Positions 54,210 through 64,000 of a stretch of DNA of 64,000 bases are shown one piece after another (the first letter of the stretch is position 1; each line of letters starts with the position of its first letter). This DNA is from Eledone cirrhosa (taxonomy: Eukaryota), in assembly GCA_964016885.1 (NCBI GenBank), contig OZ024741.1:349370001-349434000 (forward strand). Reading direction: 5' to 3'. The position numbers and the translations under genes were made by a program. Below the pieces are notes generated by a model. The model searched no databases. It was not told the origin of the DNA and was given only the letters and a program-made list of their open reading frames with translations.

Positions 54210-57200
54210 TTTCTTTATTAGCCACAGGGGCACAAAAGAAGGGGACAAATACAAAGGGGGAAGTTTACATACAATAAAAACGTGTAAAATATTATCACAA
54301 ATGTAATTTAAAAATTAGTCCATTTTCCCCAATAGGGGGAGACATTTCATATGGGTAACACATACCCCCGAAAAAAATAGTGCAACCCTCATCTCCAGGA
54401 GTACGAAGAGTTTATACTCCTTTCCTCTCCTCCTCTTTTTCCTCAACCTACAGGCTGATATAGAGAGAAGGCCCATTCACTCGGGCCATTCTCGCCACTT
54501 TCACCCACCTTTCATAAAACTTGCTGGGGTACAGCACCTCTCTCTCCATCCTGATTCTTCTTCTAAAGTGGTATTTGCAAAAAAGAATCAGTTGTTGGCC
54601 GGAGAGAAAGGTCTCTGACCTCAGCCCTTTCAACCTTGTCCACCATACAACCTCTTTCGCCATAGCTATCACACAAAGGAAAACCGCTTCTCCTTCGTTT
54701 TTGAAGGAGGGTGGCGGCTTGATCATGACAATGGACTCGGTGGTCAACCGGATTGGTCCCACCCGCGACAATAGTCGTTCTACATAGCCCCACAGGTCGG
54801 TGACGCCCGGCAAGTGTATGAATGCGTGCGCGACGGTTTCTTCGTATCGCACGCACCTCGGACAGATCTTTTTTGCAGAGTCCCTGCCCGGGCGCTCATG
54901 TCTGTAGAACTTGTCTCGAACTGGTAAAGCTCCTCGGTAGCACTGCCAGGCCAGGGACTTTTGGAAGTTGTCCATCGGTCCCGGGCGGAAGGTCCTACCG
55001 AACAGACTGGTCAGTTCATCTTCCTCTACGCCTAGAGTTTCACCGAGCGCGTCGTCGCACTTGCTGCGGATCAACCCTCTATAGAATGACGAAGTCGAGT
55101 CTCCACTGATCGCCGGATCCGCCTGCTAGAGGGCTGTGAGCGCCTGAGCACATTCGATGTGCCAGTCGCCCATTTTCCTCTGTCTTTGCTTGACCCAGGA
55201 CTGCAGCTCGGTCAACTAGACGAGTCGTGGGAAGGCTCGCCTCACGAACGGGGCCCACACCGGTTGTAGAGATGCCGCAACCTGAGCGCGTGTTTGCACA
55301 TTGTCAGCCACGGCATCCCTAGGCATCCGTTGGAAGGGTGTTGGCAGCCGATGGATCTTCTCACCAAAGGGGCCCGCCTCTTCCAAAGGAATTGGAAGAG
55401 CGCGCGCTCCATTTTAGTGAGCGTTTTGGCTGGACAAGGCACGAGGGTCAAGTGGTAGTAGATGGCGGACGCTATAAAAGTGTTCGCCACCTCCGCACGA
55501 CCTTTCAAGGATAGTTTACACTCGGCCCACTTCTGGGTGAGTGCAAACACCTTGGCCGTCACCTCGTTCCATTTCTTCTCCACCTGGAGGTCCGGACCAA
55601 ACCAGACCCCGAGCAGCTTTACCAGTCCTTCCGTCCAGCGTCCGACGACGCTATCGGAAGGCATCGGTTTGCCTTTGCACGATCCGAGTTGCAAACCGAT
55701 GGACTTGTCCCGGTTCAGCTTCGCTCCTGTGAAACTTTCGTATTCCTTCAGTATTCGTATTCAGTATTCGTATTCAGTATTTCGTATTCCTTCGTATTCC
55801 TTCAGTATTCGAGGCGCTCGACACCATTACTGTCACGTCGTCGGCGTAGGCCGACGCCGCTTTCCGCAGTCCCGGTTCCAGAGGGATGCCCTGCAATAAC
55901 TCCAACTTCCGCAGTAGTGGCTCGAGAGTCAGTACGTACAGAAGGGAGGAGATAGGGCATCCCTGTCGAATGGAACGCTTGATATGGAACGGCTCCGAGA
56001 GGTAGCCGTTCACCTTGACCCTTGAGCAGATGTTGCTGTTGTGCATTGCAGCAATCCAGCCCCTGAACATGGGTCCGAAGCCTGCCGCCTCGAGCACCGC
56101 ATCCAGGTAGCGATGGTCAACCCTATCGAAAGCCTTAGACTGATCCAAGTTGATCAGGGCCCCACCGAAGCCGGGTTTACACCCTACCCTCTCTATGATG
56201 TATCGCATGAGGTGGAGGTTGTCGTGTATGGACCTGGTCGGGATTGCGCATGTCTGCGCTTCTCCCACCAGGTTCTCGACGACAAGCCCCAGCCTCTTTT
56301 CTAACACCTTGGCCAAAATCTGTAACTCTGTCTTTAGCAGAGTTATGGGCCGGAAGTTGCCTATGTCACCCTCCTTATTCTCGTCCTTCCTGACTAGTGT
56401 GACTACGCCAACCGGTCACAGAACTGGGAATTCTCCCGTTCTGTTGCTAGTTGCAGTAGACCGCTTCCAGGAGACCGGAGAATAAGTCCGGCATTGCTAC
56501 GTAAATTTCGTAGGGTAGATCGTCGAGACCTGGAGACTTGCGTTTGCCGCATTGGCTCAGCGCGTCCCCTGTCTCAGCGGCCGAAATCGGCTTTTCGCAG
56601 AACTTTGCCTCGCTGTCCGAGAGTCGCCGTAGGCCGTCGACGTATGGACCGAAATCCATAACCCCTCCCCGCGCGCCGCCTGCCCGAATAGTTGAGCAAA
56701 GTGCCGCTGAAAGGCCGCACACATCTGCTTCGGCTCACGTATCACGTGTCCGTTTGGGTCCTTCAAAGACCGAATCGTGGACTTGTTGCAACTTTTTGCC
56801 TCCGTCACTCGGGCCCAGCTAACAGCTTTGGCTCCCTCGTTTCCCAGAGCACGTATTTTGCTTCTGACAACGCAGCCCTCGTGTTTTGCGTCGAAGAACT
56901 GGTCCAATGCCGTTCTCGTTGCTAACACGCTCGCTACGTTGCCACTTCTAATTGCCTCTTCTACTTTATCTACCAGTTCCTTCTCGGTTCTATTTCTATC
57001 TAACGCTAATTCTTTACTAAAAACTAACGAATCTAATCTAACTGCCCTCTTGAGAGAGTACCACCATCTGTTGTTGACAATGGCCCCTGTCAAGTGCTGT
57101 TTAACTAAAGTGCTAATCCCTCTACTGTAGGTTTTGCTTGTCGGTAACGACAAGTTCAGCTTCCAGTAGCCGGGTCCTTGTCTATAGGTTCTATCAAGGG

Positions 57201-59605
57201 TGGTCATGCAGGTCACTAGTTTGTGATCTGAATAGGCAACCATGAACATTTGTGGACAGCTTAACATGTCCCTATCCTTATTTATAACTAGAACCCTATC
57301 TAGATACGATCTAGATGTTCCGCTGCGATTAGTCCACGTCCCCAGTGGCACAGTCGGAAAATCTAGTCGATATCTATCGGCCAGGTCAAATCGGTCGATT
57401 AACCGTTTGAAGCTGTTACACCCCCCTTTATGGGGACATGCTCCCACATAGTCCCAACGTGCATCTAGGATTACATTCCAGTCCCCCACTAAAAGCAAGG
57501 AGCGGGACGTTCCCAGAAAAGTCTCTAGACGTTTGAAGAAGTCTGGCCGCGGTGTCCCGGATGGGGCATATGCGGCCACCAGCCTGAAGGCTCCATCTTC
57601 ACTGCCGTCAACGTCTAGGACCACCAGTCGACCCTCCGGGTCCAGATGTACCGTCTGTGTTACGAGGCCCAGGTGTTTCCGCAGCAAAACGGCAACGCCA
57701 CCCCCACCCCCCGGCCGACAGAGAGATGCGTAGATCTCAAGGTCATCGAAGATGGGGGCCAGCTGTCGCTCGCTGTGGATCCTGGACTCGCAAATGGCTA
57801 CTACATCCATACTGTGTGACCTGAAGTGCGTTTAAGAGTTTGCCCTGTTTCCAGGGCATCTCCAGGCCGCGTACATTCACACATCCAACTCTTATATTGG
57901 CCATGTTGGTTCTGAAAAGTTAAAAGAAGAGAAGAAAACACTCACCCCTTCGTCTCCCGGGGATCAGGCCGCACGGTTTCCATAGGGGTGTTAGAGGGGT
58001 TGTCTGGGTGGGTGGTGGTTTCCGGCGGGGTGGGGACGGAGATTGTTGGTGGGGTGGGGTGTATGGGGTGGGGGTGGGGAAACTTTTTAAAAGGACGCGG
58101 TTAATGGGTTTAACACAAGGATTACCCACGCCCTTAGGAAAGTTTTCCTTTAAAGACTTATAGGTGTCCGTAGGGACCCTAATCATCTTTAAATTAGGTT
58201 TGTCTACACAGTTCGAAAAGGTTTTCCCTTCGGTTTTCACCGAAGGGTCGTTGGAGATGACCTCCATTAAAGTTTTGTTTTTACTGTTTATGTATGTGTA
58301 ATGTTCTTGTTGTGTTGCGGTGATTTTTGTCTGTTGTTCTTGTGGGAGCTTTCGTTTTGTTGCAGGTGTTTGGAGTGATGTCGTAGTTTTGTTTTCGAGG
58401 CGGGGGGTTTCTGTTTGTAATGTTTGTGTTGTTTGTGTTGCTGGTTGTATGTTTGTAGTGATGTTTGTTGTTTTTTTGTTCTTGTGGTGTCTTTTCTTCT
58501 TTCTTTTCGAACGGAGAGGCTCTCACTCATCGTCACTTGGTGATGATGTGGGGGCCTCGTCCGTTGTGGTGTCTGTGTTATTTGGAAGGGGTATTTTGGG
58601 GGGAGCTGTTGTGTTTGTGGGTGTTTTTGCAGTGGTTTTAGGTGGAGTGGGGTTGGGTGGGACTGTGCTTGCAGGTTGGTTTGTTGTTCTTGTTTGGTTG
58701 TGTTTGCGTGTTGTTGTTGTTGTTGTGGTGGTGGTGGTGGTGGTGGTGGTGGTGGTGGTGGTGGTGGTGGTGGTGGTGGTTATGTTGTTGTTTTGGGTGT
58801 TGGCAGTAGTGCCTCTTTTTTTGTAGTTAACGGAGGACAGTAAGCCTTCAGGTGACCACTGCTTAAACAGTGGTTACATGAAGGCTGCCTACCCTCAACA
58901 GAAATGTTTATGTGTGAAATTCCATCCAGAGGCACACGTTGGGGTATTTTAGCTATCTGTTCTGGCCTCATTTGGACCAGAACTTCCATGCTTGTACCAT
59001 TGAATGTGCCTCTGGAGGACTTTCCCACCTAAATGATGGTGTCTTCGTCGAAATCAATGAAGCCAGTTAGAATCCACCAGACGTTTACATTTGGTGCAAT
59101 GTTCGAAAATTTTATTTTTTGTGTTCTTTTTCCCATATATGTGGGGAAAAAGGGGTAAAGGCGGGACACAATCGACGATACAGAATATTTTTGTGCTGTC
59201 AATTGGTCTTTCAACAACACCGAAATGCTTCCCAAAAATTTCCCTTTTTGGATGAAGGTAATATCCTTCATGGAATTCTTCAGAACCAGTTCAATATCGT
59301 TTGGGGATAATTGAACTGGTTTTTTTCGACACATTTGAAACCGTCCTAAAAATTACTGTTTTTAGAACAGTTTCTCTGCGTAACTGTTGAGGAGAATTGA
59401 TGCTAAAAGCACCACTCTCACCAAAAGTTACGTACTGTTTTGCATCGCTTAACATTTCCCTAGCATTGGAAATGTCAAGGTATGTGAACAGTTCTGTATT
59501 TTGGACGGTTTGAGCAAAGGAAATATTTTCCTTGTTCGTGGAGTTGTTCGTGTTTCTGTTGCTGTTGGTGGTGTTGTTGTTATCATTGTTGCTGTTGTTG
59601 TTGGT
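54210..59605 (-). mobile_element. Near full-length degenerate Tx1/L1-clade LINE
   Basis: ORF1 remnant with CNHCLSSGHLKAYC knuckle; APE (ICESR, VGDWN, YLDRV, SDHK); RT (LDQSKAFDRVDH, RQGCPIS, YADD); C-terminal CPRC...ETVAHAF; AATAAA then (TATC)n; 5' boundary approximate. Confidence 0.9.
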
Positions 59606-60138
59606 GAGACAGACAGATAGAGAGAGATGGGTTGCATGTTCGTAATTGAAAAATATATCAAGGCAATTTTGTGTTGGCTAGTGACAATTATATATGGCAC
59701 AGTCTGTGGCATAATTGGTTTAAATGACACACTGGAAAAACGGAAACATCCCTTTATGATCGGCTGTCCGCTGCTGATCACCAGGATTTCAGTGCATATA
59801 TATATATACTTTGTTACTGTGTTCGTTTCGGAAGATATTTGCAAGAAATCAACTATTGAAACAGATATTGGTGTAATTTAGGGTCATCATGGTACAAATG
59901 AATAACATGCGCACCGATTGAATTTCATTTTAGTATTTTTATTATTAATCAGATAATTGATCCTTCTATTAGTTGGTTAGTCGACCTATCAATTACTTCA
60001 TTTACTGTCAGAGCTATTTCATTACAAGTTTGTGAATTTATCGATGGATTCCTCCCCTCGCTGTTCCCCTCCCTCTTCACCTGAGCTCTACTTCATTCTT
60101 TTTGTTTTGTCTTTGTGTTTCTATCTCATATATATATA

Positions 60139-60288
60139 TATAGGAAAAAGCTTAACTCCGACGGCAGAGCTCAAGCCGTTTCGACGGCTATTTCTAGACT
60201 GAGTCTATTACCCACTCTACTACCCTAAGTAGTGAGTACTCTGGTGCGTTATGGTCCATCTGTTTCCTTACCACACCTCCTTCGTTAT
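60139..60288 (+). mobile_element. Family A mini-element (inverted arm plus tail, internal deletion)
   Basis: taggaaaaag...gacggctatttctagact then ctattacccactctactaccc tail. Confidence 0.75.
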
Positions 60289-60593
60289 ATAAAGATAAGT
60301 TTATCCCGGGTTCAATCGAAGGTAACCACAAAAATTAAGGTACTCAATACATAGCATAGTAGAGTATAATTGATGATTTCTCCTGAATGAAACAGTTCTA
60401 GTCCTGTAGAAGCCATTTCTATATTAAATATGTATACTCTGCTATATATTGAGTACCTTACTTACTGTGGTTATCCTCGATTGAACCTGGAATAAACCTA
60501 TCTTTAACACACTTTACTGTGCCCCTCTTAACCATCGGGCATCCTGATGATTTCTCTCGGATGAAGCAGTTCTATTCCTGTAGAAGCCAATTC

Positions 60594-60598
<5 letters not shown>
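60289..60598 (+). mobile_element. Composite family B element (inverted tail, hammerhead, tail, second hammerhead)
   Basis: Inverted ends ~60289-60367 and ~60433-60506; cores at 60370 and 60544. Confidence 0.75.
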
Positions 60599-60653
<55 letters not shown>

Positions 60654-60655
<2 letters not shown>

Positions 60656-60876
60656 ACATAAGAAACGGAGAATCAGTGTTGCGACGAATAAAATGTATTA
60701 GACATCAATTGCATCGATCGTGCCTCGAGCTGGTCGCCAGAGAAACGATTGTAATATGTCCAATAAATTCTATTTGTCGCAACACTGATTCTCCGTTTCT
60801 TATGGGATATTATACTCTGCTCTGTAAGAGCATAGAGTGCTCAAACGGCCTACCGCTTACGGACGCTTTAAGCATC
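60654..60876 (+). mobile_element. Fold-back mini-element with hammerhead 3' half
   Basis: Arms ~60654-60705 and ~60756-60807; GAAA-cgattg-TA; tail; (TA)n flanks. Confidence 0.7.
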
Positions 60877-60881
60877 GCACA

Positions 60882-60931
<50 letters not shown>

Positions 60932-61078
60932 GAGAGAGAGTGGTACAAGGATCGGAAAGACAAGAGAGTAGTACTCGACATATCTTCATGCTTCTTCGGG
61001 TGTTATAAGTCCTGACGAAACCTGAAGAAGTTACAGGTCCAAGCCGCTCGTGCTCGCGGTAAAATCTGTACCTCATTA

Positions 61079-61189
<111 letters not shown>

Positions 61190-61267
61190 TGTGTGTGTGT
61201 GTGTGTGTGCGTGTATACTAACCACACATTTGTATGCTGCATTCTTCATATCTTTTTCCGTTCTATA

Positions 61268-61455
61268 TCGATTGGTAGTATCGTTAGAGGGTCGGACGCC
61301 ATGCTTTGACGCATAGAGTTACGGCCCTTTCCATTCTGAGTTCAAATTCCGCCAAAGTTAACTTTGCCTTTCATCCTTACGGGGTCGATAAAATAAAGTA
61401 CCAGTAATGCACTGGTTAATTGCTGGCCTTATGCCAAAAGTAGAAACAATTATTT
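61268..61455 (+). mobile_element. SINE (main family)
   Basis: Full head, core and tail. Confidence 0.9.
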
Positions 61456-61634
61456 ATTTATTTATATATTTTTGTGGTTTCTCTTCGTCCATCATCCCTT
61501 GTGGTGAAACGTCCAGTCTTTAATGCATTCGAAACACTTTATTAATCCACAGAAGATAGCCGATGAGTGGGAATTATCCTTGTATTTGTGTCTTACGTGC
61601 TTTCACCCACATGTATTAAATTATTTTATATATA

Positions 61635-61859
61635 TAGTAATAATAATAAATTTGAAGACTAAAATCCAAAGAGGGCTCGATAAGGATAAATATATATCAA
61701 ATATATAAGAACCGTAGAGCAAATATTTATTAAAATAACAGATTAAAGTTTAAGCAAAGAATCGCTGCTTTCACCCTTAACGGGATCTTCAGAAGATCCC
61801 GTTAAGGGTGAAAGCACCGATTCTTTGCTTAAACTTTAATCTGTTATTTTAATAAATAT
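61635..61859 (-). mobile_element. Family P fold-back mini-element
   Basis: Near identical to 47516-47670; arms 61723-61790 and 61792-61859 centred on A61791. Confidence 0.9.
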
Positions 61860-61884
61860 ATGTATATATATATATATATATATA

Positions 61885-62028
61885 TGGGAAAATGTTTCGA
61901 CGGGTATTTCTGGCTAGTCCAGCTCTGCCGTCGGGGTCAAACATTTTCCTATTACCCACTCTACTACCCTAAGTATTGAGTACTCTGGTGCGTTATGGTC
62001 CATCTGGTTCTTTACCACACCTCATTCG

Positions 62029-62032
<4 letters not shown>
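61885..62032 (+). mobile_element. Family A mini-element (rearranged)
   Basis: ggctagtccagctctgccgtcggggtca plus family A tail. Confidence 0.7.
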
Positions 62033-62066
<34 letters not shown>

Positions 62067-62255
62067 TTTAGTACAGCATTGACGAATCTTTAGAATACGG
62101 CCAAGCTAGCGTATATGCATAATCGGACTGTAGCTCGAGCTACAGACCTCAGAGTAATAACATTACGTTCAGACAGCTTAGCAAATCAGATATAGCGGTC
62201 GGCAGTCCAGCCGCATCACTAGAGCAACGAAAATACAGGACCTAGGAAGAGATTT

Positions 62256-62274
62256 TATATATTTCATTAACTTT

Positions 62275-62308
<34 letters not shown>

Positions 62309-62326
62309 AAAGTTAATGAAATATAT
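62256..62326. repeat. Short palindrome centred on (TA)n
   Basis: atatatttcattaactttct / agaaagttaatgaaatatat around a TA tract. Confidence 0.8.
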
Positions 62327-62834
62327 TCAATCACACTTAAGCGTGCATTAAGATATATCAAACCCAATCTGCACTGAAGGTAAGATTACATAATTCGTAG
62401 AGTATCTTATTAAAATGAATAACAATTAAAACAAAATACCTGATAATGATCAATACATTTCCCCATATGTATTCTCCATAAAATCAGAATACATTTCACC
62501 AAATAACGGCGGGATATTGGGTATTTTGGAACGGATCGTCAATGAAGGAATTTCACACATTGCATATCAATGCATATAGCTTCACAGCACAAATATTTTT
62601 ATAGATCCACTCCCATTAATATGTGCACACGCACTTACACCTAAACATACTCTCTCGATCTCTCTGTATCTCTGGGTCTCTCTCTGTCTCTCTCACTTTC
62701 ACCAATATTTATATGAGTATTCCTCTTCATATCTATACACACGTGACTGCATACCTATCCTACTTCATATTACATATATATATATATATATATATATACA
62801 TATGCATATATGTATAGTTATACGTGTGCATATA

Positions 62835-62923
<89 letters not shown>

Positions 62924-63407
62924 GTATATATATTTATATATATATATATAACATTTAAAGCGAAATATGGAGAAGTACACGCACATCTCTGTTTTTGCCC
63001 CTCCCCATCTGTCTCTCTCTCTCAATCTCTCTCAATTTCTCTTCCCTCAGCCAGGTATGTGGGAAAGGGTTGCTTGCTGTTAGGTCCGACTGTGTTGTTC
63101 TATTTCAGTATACATATGTTGTAATCACGCCACTGTTACATCGTATTCTTTCCAAGACAGCATCTGGTGATGTGCCATCATCATTACAGCATAGCTGAAC
63201 TCTGGAGATTTCGGTAAGCCCTCACACCGAAACATCCACCACCCACACCACTCCATCATCATTTCTCTTAATCTTTCTCTTTTCCTCGCGCATTTCACGC
63301 TTCCCCTCTATATCTATTTCTTCCTTTCTCTTCCTCTCCTATTACCACTTCATCATGTTCAGTTCTTGCTATGCATCTACGTCTAGGTATATGTGAATGA
63401 TTATTAT

Positions 63408-63441
<34 letters not shown>

Positions 63442-64000
63442 CATATATGATTGTGCTTCGTCGATGAATAAGAAGGAGAATACTCAATTCATATTGTAGG
63501 GTAAATAATGTATGTAAACTGAGTCCCTTCATCCTGCTTCAAGTTTCATGCCACAGAAATCATCAGGCAAGAACTACCATCATACGCTTTTGTATTCTTC
63601 AATACCCACCAGCGTGCTCTCGTTGACAACGTTACCTCCGCCAAAGGTAAACGGGAGCCATATGTAAGCAAACACACATCATACCGCGGTTTGAACTGAA
63701 AATGGGCATCTTCAAATAGCAAAAAAAATATCTCACTTAAATGACACCCTACCAGTTAAAAACAGATACAGTACATTAGCCAATATAGTCAGAAATTATT
63801 CCATGTAACTAATATGACACAGCATAACTATCTTTGGTCTAATGATAGCTTCCGAATCCAAAGATCCACCTCACCTCTTCATATCCAATGAATACACTAC
63901 ATTTATCTGTCCGCTAATATGTCTTTGTAAACGAGAATTGTTTAAAGAAATTTAAAACGTATAAGTGATGCAAGTATAGAGAAACGCACATCACGCACGC

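Noticed and set aside
61012-61066. CTGACGA...ccgc/gcgg-TA hammerhead-like motif
   Set aside because: GAAA replaced by CAAG and no stem I; at most a decayed copy
63525-63572. CTGATGA...GAAA on minus strand
   Set aside because: No UH cleavage site or stem I

Overview
AT-rich, microsatellite-dense animal DNA, probably cephalopod/octopus (inferred from SINE type and repeat landscape, not verified). No intact host gene is supported; most listed ORFs are microsatellite artefacts. The window holds: one 5'-truncated but uninterrupted Penelope-like element (PLE; RT plus C-terminal GIY-YIG, 47.5-50.9 kb) and further PLE remnants; a near full-length degenerate Tx1/L1-type LINE in (GATA)n; remnants of CRE-, RTE-, CR1- and R4/R2-like LINEs; about 20 tRNA-derived SINE copies; two MITEs. 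The main signal is a swarm of about 20 short fold-back elements from at least 10 sequence families, mostly sitting in (TA)n. Most carry a type I hammerhead ribozyme motif or its 3' half, including non-canonical cores (U3-A8 swap, CAGAAGA, a ~100-nt stem II). Fold-back junctions often fall on the ribozyme, and the inverted arm ends at a family-specific point before an unpaired tail. All structures were folded by eye; coordinates may be off by a few bases.
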